Source: Candidatus Micrarchaeota archaeon
GTDB lineage: Archaea > Micrarchaeota > Micrarchaeia > Micrarchaeales > CABMGC01
Reading direction: 5' to 3'
Assembly (NCBI GenBank): GCA_021850625.1
Contig: JAJZLJ010000002.1
Coordinates: 15,830 to 79,829, forward strand
DNA: 64,000 nt
The notes beneath the pieces are model-generated. The model was not told the origin of the DNA. It made no database searches and saw only the letters and a list, made by a program, of their open reading frames with translations. Shown piece after piece: positions 10,312 through 19,129 of this stretch (positions within the stretch are counted from its first letter, which is position 1; each line of letters begins with the position of its first letter). The position numbers and the translations under genes were made by a program.

Positions 10312-11199
10312 TTACTCTTTCCACCATGTTTTGCATTCCTTTCCAAAGAATTTGCACATCTTACATCTCCAAACATTTTCTTCTGAAACCGGCCTTGCCT
10401 CTCTATCTCCAGACCAGTATTTCATTGCTTCTACAAGATAACTATCAAGTGTTTCTCGTTTATATACTATATCCATTTCAGTAAGTATCTGAGTAGTTTG
10501 TCGATCTATATATCTTAATTTTAAAATATTACTTAGCTCTGGAAGTTTTTTGAGTTCTTCAAACATTAATTTATGAATAATATCTAATCTGCGCAACTCG
10601 TTTTTTATTCCTATTTGATCCAGCCCTTTAACAAATTCAGTTGACATAGACATTTGCAGTATGCCATTTGAATTTATAAAATTTTCGTAGGTATATTCTC
10701 CAGATTTTATATCATCAAAAAGATGCTTGTATATTTCGAGCTGTATTTTATCTACATCTATACGTAAACCAACATTGTTTGTTCCGTTTTTAGAATTTAT
10801 TGTTTTATCCTCAACAATTACCGTTTTTCCATCGATTATACGAATTTCATCTAATTGACCGGCAACTCTAAAACCGTTTATAGAACCATACATGCGTATT
10901 TCTCTGCAATAGCCATTTTTTCTAAGATTGATTAGACTAGTATAATTTTCATATGCCCATTTGTATAATCTATCAGGATAAGTTATAGGTTCTATAGTAA
11001 GTTTTTCCATTACCTTTTCCTGCATTATAGCATGCATAGCTGCACCCTTTGTCATTGCAGGCGTACTATAAAATCCACCCATTTCATAAAGCTCCATTTG
11101 TTTTTCGCACCACAACTGGCTAGCTATGTCTTTTACCGGAACGCTTACCTTTTTAAGCCGCGTAAGTGCGCTTACCTTTCCCGTTTGCATAAAAAACAT
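10312..11199 (-). CDS. Exonuclease V (Exo5)/Cas4-like PD-(D/E)XK nuclease with Fe-S cysteines
   Basis: QLWCEKQ, G..MH, GQLDEI, VEDKT, QLEIY, C-terminal CKMC...C (1+3 Cys pattern). Confidence 0.78.
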   Translation of the reverse strand: MFFMQTGKVSALTRLKKVSVPVKDIASQLWCEKQMELYEMGGFYSTPAMTKGAAMHAIMQEKVMEKLTIEPITYPDRLYKWAYENYTSLINLRKNGYCREIRMYGSINGFRVAGQLDEIRIIDGKTVIVEDKTINSKNGTNNVGLRIDVDKIQLEIYKHLFDDIKSGEYTYENFINSNGILQMSMSTEFVKGLDQIGIKNELRRLDIIHKLMFEELKKLPELSNILKLRYIDRQTTQILTEMDIVYKRETLDSYLVEAMKYWSGDREARPVSEENVWRCKMCKFFGKECKTWWKE

Positions 11200-11203
11200 C
11201 GTT

Positions 11204-11265
11204 TATCAGACCGCCTACCTATCTTCATCGCAATAAAGCTCCGCGATCACCAGATCTCATCATAT
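11204..11265 (-). ncRNA. Box C/D sRNA candidate 1
   Basis: Minus strand: ATGATGA (C) - GATCTGGTGATCG - CGGA (D') - GCTTTATT - GCGATGA (C') - AGATAGGTAGGCGGT - CTGA (D); GC-enriched island in AT-rich intergenic DNA. Confidence 0.72.
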
Positions 11266-11298
11266 ACATTTTTATTTATTCACAACATTAATAACACT

Positions 11299-11943
11299 AT
11301 GTCTGAAATTAAGGAAAAGGAATTATTCATCTTTGATTGGGATGGCACCCTAAGCACTTCTACGTTGATAGTTGCAGCTTCAAGAATCTTCAGAAGAGGA
11401 TATAATCCAAAAAATATAGAGAAGAAACAGGAGTTTTATAAAAAGCTTGGAAACTCTAAAGGAAAAGGGCTTTCACTTGAACTAAAACAAGATAGAAGTA
11501 AGATATTTGCAGTAATTTATGATTTTTATGCTCGCTTTTACATGCCTAAAACTAAAAAGAACTCAATAGAACTCCTTTTGGAATTGAATAAGAAGAAAAA
11601 AACCGTTACATTATTCAGTGACTCGAGAAGCTATAGACTTATGAATGAGATGCGCTGCTTAAATGTAATTAAGTACTTTGATTTTATATTAAGTGCAAGT
11701 AGCGTAGGAGCATACAAACCTGATCCTACTGGAATACTTTTTATTATAAATAAATATGGAATAGATAAAAAAAAGGTTGTCTATATTGGAGATACTGTTT
11801 CTGACATAATGGCATCAAAATTTGCAGGTGTTAGTTCATGTATAGTTGCTGATGGACTTGAGCCTATAGAAAAAATAAGGGAGGCAAAACCAGATTATCT
11901 ATTTGAGAGTTTATCTGATTTATACAAAGCTATACAAAAATAA
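11299..11943 (+). CDS. HAD-family hydrolase (phosphoglycolate phosphatase-like)
   Basis: FDWDGTL, KPDP, YIGDTVSD; start moved to ATG 11299. Confidence 0.85.
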   Translation: MSEIKEKELFIFDWDGTLSTSTLIVAASRIFRRGYNPKNIEKKQEFYKKLGNSKGKGLSLELKQDRSKIFAVIYDFYARFYMPKTKKNSIELLLELNKKKKTVTLFSDSRSYRLMNEMRCLNVIKYFDFILSASSVGAYKPDPTGILFIINKYGIDKKKVVYIGDTVSDIMASKFAGVSSCIVADGLEPIEKIREAKPDYLFESLSDLYKAIQK

Positions 11944-12014
11944 TAGTGCATTATCCAAAGATTGAAGGTCTTTGATTTTTGATAATTTATCAATAGGAAA
12001 ATATAGCTTATTAC

Positions 12015-12647
12015 TTAATGTACTTGCGACTTTAATTCTGTTCTTCTAAGAGCAGCCAGTTCATTTGAGGCTACTACTTCTACGTAATCAGTATTGACCT
12101 TCTTTCTTTTCAACTCGAGAAACTGCGACTCTGTAGCTTTGACAACATCCACTATACAAATATTTTCTAAACCAATGTTATTGCAATTTTCAGCAAAAAG
12201 ATTTACACTGGTTATATCATTTTTTCCCAGTATAAAACCAGTGTTAGGATAAATTGTGCTGAGTTCTATATCTAAACCAAAAAGACGCGAGTATTTAACA
12301 TTAAAACCGTATATTTCAGTATTGTAGATATTAGTTCCTATGAAGTTAGATACCTGTGCATCTACCACTAATATTTTACAACCTACAAAGCTAGCTTTTT
12401 CGAAAGAGCATCCAGAAAGCTTTGAATGTATAAAAATTGTTGAATTGAAAAGAGTATTTTCAAAGGTACTGTTTGAACAGTCTATTTTATCAAATATTAT
12501 TGGTTTTACTACTGCGCTATTAGATGGTATTTCAAATTTCTGCTTATCTACAATTAAATTAGTAAAATCTCGCCTACCACTATTGTAATCTGAGATAAAC
12601 TGCTCTGCTGATATACTCCGTTTTGCCACGGTTTTAATAACCCCCAC
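12015..12647 (-). CDS. Pentapeptide-repeat-like protein
   Basis: YNSGRRDF lead-in followed by ~5-residue periodicity (CSNST FENTL FNSTI FIHSK LSGCS FEKAS F). Confidence 0.65.
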   Translation of the reverse strand: MGVIKTVAKRSISAEQFISDYNSGRRDFTNLIVDKQKFEIPSNSAVVKPIIFDKIDCSNSTFENTLFNSTIFIHSKLSGCSFEKASFVGCKILVVDAQVSNFIGTNIYNTEIYGFNVKYSRLFGLDIELSTIYPNTGFILGKNDITSVNLFAENCNNIGLENICIVDVVKATESQFLELKRKKVNTDYVEVVASNELAALRRTELKSQVH

Positions 12648-12831
12648 AATATCCCCAAATATATATTAAATAAATTAATATTTAAATGCTCTTGTTTGGT
12701 TAGTTTTTTGTCATATTCTTAATATTTTGAAATTATAACAAAAATGGAGTTTACCGATAGTTTTATAAATCAATACCAACACAATATTAGTATGTAGTAA
12801 AGCATACGGCTGATTCTACAGAGGAAACAAC

Positions 12832-13122
12832 ATGTCAGATGAATATGAAAGAAATGAAGAAGGTAGAGATAGGGCTAGAGGAGAAAGAAGCGACAGAGGA
12901 GACAGAAGACCAGGCATGAAGCCTAATTACTTCCTCCCAAAGCCAGTTAAGGTCGGTGATGAGCTCGATCTTACAATAGAGGCAACAGCCTCAAAAGGTG
13001 ACGGAATAGCAAAGAAAGACGGCTACGTAGTTTTTGTAAAAGATGCAAAACAAGGCGAAGCGGTCAAGGTAAAAATAACTGAAGTTAGAGCAAGATTTGC
13101 AATAGGAGAAATAATGAAGTAA
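12832..13122 (+). CDS. Single TRAM-domain RNA chaperone
   Basis: KPVKVGDELDLTIE..KGDGIAK.DGYVVFV...G..VKVKITEV..RFAIGE. Confidence 0.92.
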   Translation: MSDEYERNEEGRDRARGERSDRGDRRPGMKPNYFLPKPVKVGDELDLTIEATASKGDGIAKKDGYVVFVKDAKQGEAVKVKITEVRARFAIGEIMK

Positions 13123-13210
13123 CGCGGTTGCGTACATAGTTAAAAACAGTTAATTTATTTTATTTTTTTATTTTATTACTTATTTTATACCTATTTTTAT
13201 AATATTATAG

Positions 13211-13266
13211 ACCTTTCAGAGATAAAAACCTTCAGAAAACCTACCGCTCAGAAAAACCATTTATAG
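13211..13266 (+). promoter_or_regulatory. Direct-repeat operator candidate plus BRE/TATA of the membrane-anchored regulator
   Basis: ACCT(T)TCAGA twice and TCAGAAAA(A)CC twice, directly before AAACCATTTATA. Confidence 0.35.
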
Positions 13267-13291
13267 TTTTTTGTATAAAGTTAATTGTGTT

Positions 13292-14161
13292 ATGATGGGA
13301 AAAACTCTTGAAACTAAGAAAAAAATACTTAATATGCTAAAAGAAAGAAAGATGACTGTTGGAGAGATATCTAAAGAACTTGGACTTTCACATGCAACAG
13401 TTAGCCAACATATTTCTGAATTACAAAATGCAGGAGCAATTGAAAAAATAGATAATGAGCATTTCAAAAAATTAAAGTACTATAAAGCTGGAGAAAACTC
13501 AAGTAGTATTTTATTAAAATATGCCATTGGTGCAGTAGTTATAATTGCTCTTCTTTCTGGAATAATTTATTTTTATTACTTGTCTGGAAGTGCAAATAAA
13601 AATATAAATAATGTAAATCTAACTACCGTTTCAAATACTATATCAAAAACAACAAATCTTGGAACACAAATATCAGTGAATAGCGCAGGTGCAGAGGCAT
13701 GTCCATTTTTATTCTATAATTTAAACGGCACTATAAAAAACAGTATAGGCTTTAAAACATATTATCTGAATACTAGCTACGGAACTGTTCAAGACCTAAT
13801 AATAAATAAAGGAGATATAGGCACATTATATGTTAATGAAACAATAACAAATGTACTAAATGAAAGCGATAGTAGCTTGTATAATAGAGAACATTATGTA
13901 TATTTAAGCACAATGGACAACTCCTTTAATTATTCCAATACTGGAATAAATGTAAGCATTAATCCAGTGAACTTCACTATAAGAAATAATGAAAGTTTAG
14001 GATTTGAGTTGAGTTTTTACATATCTCAAAATGCTATAAATCAGACCTATTGGCTACATATAGACGGGCCTTGTGGTGGAGGAGTAAAACCAAGCTTAAT
14101 TACCATTGGAAATACTGCATATAGTGGAAATGTTACAATTCCAGTTGTTCCTTTTGCATAA
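13292..14161 (+). CDS. ArsR-type winged-HTH regulator fused to a TM helix and an extracellular domain
   Basis: ILNMLKERKMTVGEISKELGLSHATVSQHISELQNAGAI; TM YAIGAVVIIALLSGIIYFYYL; N-x-S/T-rich C-domain with two Cys. Confidence 0.8.
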   Translation: MMGKTLETKKKILNMLKERKMTVGEISKELGLSHATVSQHISELQNAGAIEKIDNEHFKKLKYYKAGENSSSILLKYAIGAVVIIALLSGIIYFYYLSGSANKNINNVNLTTVSNTISKTTNLGTQISVNSAGAEACPFLFYNLNGTIKNSIGFKTYYLNTSYGTVQDLIINKGDIGTLYVNETITNVLNESDSSLYNREHYVYLSTMDNSFNYSNTGINVSINPVNFTIRNNESLGFELSFYISQNAINQTYWLHIDGPCGGGVKPSLITIGNTAYSGNVTIPVVPFA

Positions 14162-14239
14162 TTATTTTTGTTTTTTTATTTTTAGGATTATTTTGTAAAT
14201 ATAGAACAAGCATAAAATTAAAATTGGGATTAATAAAAA

Positions 14240-14312
14240 TGCGAGCGCCGGGATTTGGACCCGGGCTCTTGCCTTGGCAAGGCAAAGTCCTACCAGGCTA
14301 GACTACGCTCGC
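14240..14312 (-). tRNA. tRNA-Gly(GCC)
   Basis: GCGAGCG acceptor stem, anticodon arm TTGCC-TT-GCC-AA-GGCAA, T arm CCGGG-TCCAAAT-CCCGG. Confidence 0.95.
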
Positions 14313-14424
14313 AATATTTAATTAACAATATTGTTTATTGTTTAAAAATATAAACCTTTGCAAGTTAAAAGATATATTCAAAGCATTTATAAAGATTTTT
14401 GAGTTATACATATTGGGCGATTTT

Positions 14425-15129
14425 ATAAAAACAGAACATGTTACTACATTAATAGCAGTACTTGCCATATTAGTATTGGGGCTTGCATTGACAGTTGCGG
14501 TTATGTATCCTAATGGAACATCACAAAAAAATAATAATGGTATTGTGATAGTTACTGCATCTGGAACCAGTGAGCAGTACCCTGCACAAGGAGTAATTTA
14601 TGTAGATGTGAATGGCACTGGAAATACTGAGCAGATAGCAACGGCGAATCTGTCTTTGAGCATGGCTAAAATAAATAATACAGTTTTTTCGTATATAGGA
14701 AATAATTCAGAAAATATACAAACACAACAATATTATGTAAATAAGATTAAGAACACTAGTTTGTATCAAGTTAATGAATACGCTATGATTACTATTTTGA
14801 ATTCGAGTAATATAAACAATGCAATTAGTGCATTGTCAAAAATAAATAATGTATATGTTACAAGTACAGATGCACAATTCTCTAAACAACAAATTACAAC
14901 AATGAGAAATCAGGCATTAACATACGCATTAGAAAATGCTACACAGCAGGCTATGATTCTTACTGATAATGCAAGTTTAACTCCAGAGAATATTACCGTT
15001 GGACAACTTCATTTCCAGATCTTTGCTGCTCCAGCAGTGCAGAGTCAAGGAATGTCTTCAAACCTGTTTTACTATGGCAATCAGGAACTTACTGAGACAG
15101 TAACTGTAACATTTTCCAGAAATAACTAG
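14425..15129 (+). CDS. SIMPL (DUF541)-like membrane-anchored protein
   Basis: N-terminal TM, IVTASGTSEQYP, RNQALTYALENATQQA, ETVTVTF end; ATA start inferred. Confidence 0.72.
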   Translation: MKTEHVTTLIAVLAILVLGLALTVAVMYPNGTSQKNNNGIVIVTASGTSEQYPAQGVIYVDVNGTGNTEQIATANLSLSMAKINNTVFSYIGNNSENIQTQQYYVNKIKNTSLYQVNEYAMITILNSSNINNAISALSKINNVYVTSTDAQFSKQQITTMRNQALTYALENATQQAMILTDNASLTPENITVGQLHFQIFAAPAVQSQGMSSNLFYYGNQELTETVTVTFSRNN

Positions 15130-15219
15130 AGTTTAGATAGATTATAAAACAATAGAAATACTTTTATATCTTTCAAGTTAATATTAGATGGAATATATAA
15201 TGCTTATTTGGTGTTTTAG

Positions 15220-15768
15220 ATGAAATTAAGGCCAGCAAGAACAATGAGATATATAAACAGTCAAGCATGGAGTAGATACTCGGTAAAAAAACCTAGAAAG
15301 AACTATGTAAAGGCGCTCCCTCACACAAGTCTTTTGATATTTAGAATGGGCGTTGAAAAAAATGATTATGATATAGTACTTACGCTTAATACTGATCAAT
15401 ACATACAGTTAAGATCTAACGCTATTGAATCTGCACGATTAGTTGCAAACAAGCATTTAGAAAGAAATCTCCCAGGGCAGTACTTTTTTAGGATAGTTAC
15501 ATTTCCGCACATGGTGATTAGAGAAAAGAAAAGAGCAACTGGTGCAGGAGCAGACAGATTATCACAGGGTATGTCTATGTCCTTTGGAAGGCCAGTTTCA
15601 GTAGCAGCAAGAATAAGAAAGGGTAAACCAATTCTTGAAGTACGATTAAAAGAGGCAAATAGAAATATAGGAAAGGAGGCGCTACATAGAGCAGCTGCTA
15701 AGCTTTCAGGATCTTACTCGATTGTTACTTCTGAATACAAAGTAGCAAACAATAATGTAACAAAGTAA
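15220..15768 (+). CDS. rpl10e: 50S ribosomal protein L10e (uL16)
   Basis: LRPAR, QLRSNAIESAR, GAGADRLSQGM..SFGRP. Confidence 0.96.
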   Translation: MKLRPARTMRYINSQAWSRYSVKKPRKNYVKALPHTSLLIFRMGVEKNDYDIVLTLNTDQYIQLRSNAIESARLVANKHLERNLPGQYFFRIVTFPHMVIREKKRATGAGADRLSQGMSMSFGRPVSVAARIRKGKPILEVRLKEANRNIGKEALHRAAAKLSGSYSIVTSEYKVANNNVTK

Positions 15769-15971
15769 TTATTTTGTATTACAAGTTCTAATGTAAATAA
15801 TATTGGTTAATTAAAAGTTTGGAATCTTAAGAATAAAAATATTACAAAGAATAAATAGTTTTTATATCTCTTTTTTATTCATAGCAATAAATGAGAGTGC
15901 ATTGTAAAATTATTTTCTATACTTACCAGCACCAATAAACAAGGTAGGATTTCCTGCCAACTATATTAAAA

Positions 15972-16520
15972 TTAATGTTTTACTTTTTTTGATTGTGTAG
16001 GGTTTATTTTATCTAGATTTTTCGCTACCTCATTAATCATGAGCTTAAGCCAAGGGGTGAACGACTCAGGACTTTTCTTTATCTCATTTTTAAGTTCAGG
16101 GATCGAAATCCATTTCCACTCATATACCTCTTCAGAATTTAGCTTTGGAACACCATTGTAATTTCCAAACACTATGTGATCGTACTCATTTTCTTTAAGG
16201 CCTTTTCCTACATCGGCTTGATATGGAAAATTAAATACTTCATAAAGTTCGCAGTCAAATCCCATCTCCTCTTTTAAACGTCTGTGGGCAGCATCAAGTG
16301 TAGTTTCATTTACACGTTGATGACTACAACAAGTATTAGACCAACAGCCAGGAGTATGATACTTAGAAAGAGCACGCCTCTGAAGCATTGTCTGGTTTTT
16401 ATCATTAAATACAAAAATAGATAGTGCGCGATGCCATACACCGCCATTTTGATGCGCCTTTAGCTTTTCCATAGTACCTATTTGATTATCCTCTGAATCT
16501 ACTAGTATTACCTCTTCCAT
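15972..16520 (-). CDS. idi: Isopentenyl-diphosphate delta-isomerase type 1 (Nudix fold)
   Basis: From MEEVILVD: EKLKAH, WHRALSIFVFN, LQRRA..KY, NTCCSH, RRLKEEMG, ENEYDH, FTPW. Confidence 0.92.
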   Translation of the reverse strand: MEEVILVDSEDNQIGTMEKLKAHQNGGVWHRALSIFVFNDKNQTMLQRRALSKYHTPGCWSNTCCSHQRVNETTLDAAHRRLKEEMGFDCELYEVFNFPYQADVGKGLKENEYDHIVFGNYNGVPKLNSEEVYEWKWISIPELKNEIKKSPESFTPWLKLMINEVAKNLDKINPTQSKKVKH

Positions 16521-16614
16521 AAAAACTACCGTTAACGTTAATATACAATATAAATATATATCTATAAATATAAAGCTTTCAGTGTATAAGTCATTAGACG
16601 AAACAGTGTATTTT

Positions 16615-17550
16615 ATGAAAATACTTTTGCAATTTCCAGAAGGGCTTAAACAAGAAGCATTAAAGCATGCTAAGAAGCTCGAGCTTGAGGGTAATGAAGT
16701 TTTCATCTCAGCTTCGCCTACTTTTGGAGCTTGTGATCTTGCAATAGATGAGGCTAAGAACCTCGGCGCCGAGAAGCTCATACATTTTGGGCATGCTGAG
16801 TTCCACAAGGTAGACTTTAATGTTGAATATATAAGTTATAGCTACGATGCTCCACTAACACTTCTTCCTAAATCGCTAGAAAAGCTTGAGCCATATCATA
16901 AGATAGGTCTTATGACAACTATACAGCACATACACCAGCTTGAAATGGTGAAGAGGTTTTATGAAGAGCATGGAAAAGAAGTAATAATAGGAAAACCATA
17001 CGGCTTTGCAAAAAAAGCAGGCCAGATACTTGGCTGTGATATAGGCAGTGCAGCAAGCATAGATAAAGAGGTTGAGGTTTTTGTATATTTTGGAGGTGGA
17101 TTGTTTCATCCGTTAGGTGCTCTTTTACATACAAAAAAACCATTTCTTCTTGTAGAACCGTTTAATAATACAATAGAATTTCTTGATAGATATCGTGAGA
17201 TATATAATAAAAAAAGCAGAGGTAGAATACTCTCTAGCTTAGATGCTAAAAAAATAGGTATTTTAGTGAGTACTAAAAATGGCCAACATAATATGAATCT
17301 TGCTAAGATACTTAAAAATAAACTTGAAGCGAATGGGCTTAGTGCAGCTATATTAGTTGCTAATACCTTTGATTTTGACTCTATAAATAACATGATGGAG
17401 TTCGATGCCTTTGTAAATACTGCCTGTCCAAGAATTGCAATTGATGATACGGATAGAACAAGAAAACCTTTGTTAAGCGCCAATGAGATAATGGAGGTTA
17501 TAAAGCTTAAAAAAGAGAGAGTAGAGCTGCAGAAAGAGCATTTGAGATAA
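16615..17550 (+). CDS. dph2: Diphthamide biosynthesis radical-SAM enzyme Dph2
   Basis: LQFPEGLK, FGACD, HFGHA, GQILGCD, TACPRIAIDD. Confidence 0.95.
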   Translation: MKILLQFPEGLKQEALKHAKKLELEGNEVFISASPTFGACDLAIDEAKNLGAEKLIHFGHAEFHKVDFNVEYISYSYDAPLTLLPKSLEKLEPYHKIGLMTTIQHIHQLEMVKRFYEEHGKEVIIGKPYGFAKKAGQILGCDIGSAASIDKEVEVFVYFGGGLFHPLGALLHTKKPFLLVEPFNNTIEFLDRYREIYNKKSRGRILSSLDAKKIGILVSTKNGQHNMNLAKILKNKLEANGLSAAILVANTFDFDSINNMMEFDAFVNTACPRIAIDDTDRTRKPLLSANEIMEVIKLKKERVELQKEHLR

Positions 17551-17601
17551 AACTGCTTGTTTATAGCTAAAGGTAGCTTGTCTTTAAGAGAAGAATCGAA
17601 T

Positions 17602-18234
17602 TTATACAGATTGTGCAGAGATCTGGCCTATCTCTGCTATAAAGGTCGCATTATTTTTAGGAACATGAAAAACAGCCCAAAGATTCCCTTCTATCTTTAT
17701 TCCACTGCCTGATTTTGGAGCAATAGCAGCAAGTGTTATGGTTATCTGCTCGCTGTTAGTTATGTTATTTATAATTAATCCTTGCATACCAGGTATTGTG
17801 CCATTTTTTATTGTTGGAGCTGTAGTTAAATTAAGCAGATATAGCTGTGCTCTTGACCAAACGGGATATTGAGTTTCGCTGAACGTTAAAGTAAGATTTC
17901 CAGAGATACCTGATAATACCGGAGTGCTACATGTAAAACCACCATAAGGATCACAATTGGAAAAAAGAGTGCCGTTAATATGATTTGGAATTACACCATA
18001 ATTATACCCCGGAGAGATAGCTCCAGAGCCTGCCGTCACAGTTGTAGTTCCAGCATTAACTATAAGGCCGCTAGAACTTGTAGTAGTGTTATTTGTTGAA
18101 GGTATAGCAGTTGATATGACTGAGGTAGGGCTTGTAATTTTTATTGACCCTATACCATTAGACTTTATGTAAAAATACATTATAACTACAAAGGCTAGAA
18201 GCACAAAGTAGGTAAGAATAGCTTTCTTATTCAT
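17602..18234 (-). CDS. Membrane-anchored protein with pilin-like globular domain (no class III signal)
   Basis: N-terminal TM, T/S linker, CDPYGGFTC...GNLWAVF...AEIG resembling the neighbouring pilin domain. Confidence 0.55.
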   Translation of the reverse strand: MNKKAILTYFVLLAFVVIMYFYIKSNGIGSIKITSPTSVISTAIPSTNNTTTSSSGLIVNAGTTTVTAGSGAISPGYNYGVIPNHINGTLFSNCDPYGGFTCSTPVLSGISGNLTLTFSETQYPVWSRAQLYLLNLTTAPTIKNGTIPGMQGLIINNITNSEQITITLAAIAPKSGSGIKIEGNLWAVFHVPKNNATFIAEIGQISAQSV

Positions 18235-18445
18235 CCAATCGTATTAAGAATAAACGAAAAGATATATAAAATATAGAGAAAAGAAATAATTTTAACTATT
18301 TGAGTTATAGCGTTAATTATTTCGATAGTTTTTAGAAAAAATATAGAAAGAGTAGATTGAAAATAAAGCTCAAAAATAAGAAATAACGGGTCAAAACGCC
18401 CGAAATAAAAATACCGTTTCTGCAGTAGATATTACTCTACAGCAA

Positions 18446-18952
18446 TTATGTTTGCTTTGCAGTTACTAATGCTAATTCTGCATACTGTTGTGTTCCTGCA
18501 TTTGTATAAGTAAGCCATAATTGACCTGATATTGCAGAACCAACTGTTGGAGTTCCTGAACCGTCAGTTGGAACTGTAACAGAGTATGTAGAACCAGATA
18601 CCATTGAAGTAGAACCAGTAACTATTTGATTAGCGGTTACACCTAATGCAGTTAATTCAGCTAATGTAGAAGTTTGTTGGAACTTTGCAAGATTTGAAGT
18701 ATTTAAGAAATATACATTTGCGTTAGTGTAAGACTGTCCTGAACTTTGGCCAATTGTTACAATTATATTTTGACCAACGTATACTGGGTTTTGACATATA
18801 AAGCCAGACTGTGCTACACAAGAAGTAGGCAGTGTAGATCCTCCAAAGATTCCCAATTCAAAAAGTGCTACTAGAACTATAGCTATGATCAATATGGCCC
18901 AGCCATATGTCATAAGATATTCCATAGCGCTTTGTCCTTTTAATAATTTCAT
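18446..18952 (-). CDS. Type IV pilin-like protein (class III signal peptide), probable major pilin
   Basis: KG/QSAMEYLMTYGWAILIIAIVLVALF prepilin motif; CVAQSGFIC; GQLWLTY; no payload domain. Confidence 0.85.
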   Translation of the reverse strand: MKLLKGQSAMEYLMTYGWAILIIAIVLVALFELGIFGGSTLPTSCVAQSGFICQNPVYVGQNIIVTIGQSSGQSYTNANVYFLNTSNLAKFQQTSTLAELTALGVTANQIVTGSTSMVSGSTYSVTVPTDGSGTPTVGSAISGQLWLTYTNAGTQQYAELALVTAKQT

Positions 18953-19043
18953 GGTTACCACTTTAATATTTTATAGAAGTATAATGAAAGTAATATATAT
19001 AAAGCTTTCTACTACGAGTTGTGTAAGGATTTGACAATAATTA

Positions 19044-19073
19044 ATGCTTAATTAAGTATGCTTAATTAAGTAT
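19044..19073. promoter_or_regulatory. Tandem palindromic sites upstream of the pilin promoter
   Basis: ATGCTTAATTAAGT repeated twice in tandem (core palindrome CTTAATTAAG), upstream of BRE/TATA AGAAAGCTTTATATAT (minus strand ~19010-18995). Confidence 0.5.
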
Positions 19074-19129
19074 TTTAGTTATTCGTATAAGATTTTCTTT
19101 TGCTTTCCGTTATTAATTTTTACAGTAAT

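Noticed and set aside
11032-11298. N-terminal extension of the HAD ORF
   Set aside because: Overlaps the opposite-strand nuclease and the C/D sRNA; HAD motif I follows ATG 11299
13211-13260. Three CTGA motifs on the minus strand as another C/D sRNA
   Set aside because: No C or C' box; better explained as direct repeats
16521-16808. N-terminal 96 aa of the idi ORF call
   Set aside because: Overlaps divergent dph2; IDI homology begins at MEEVILVD
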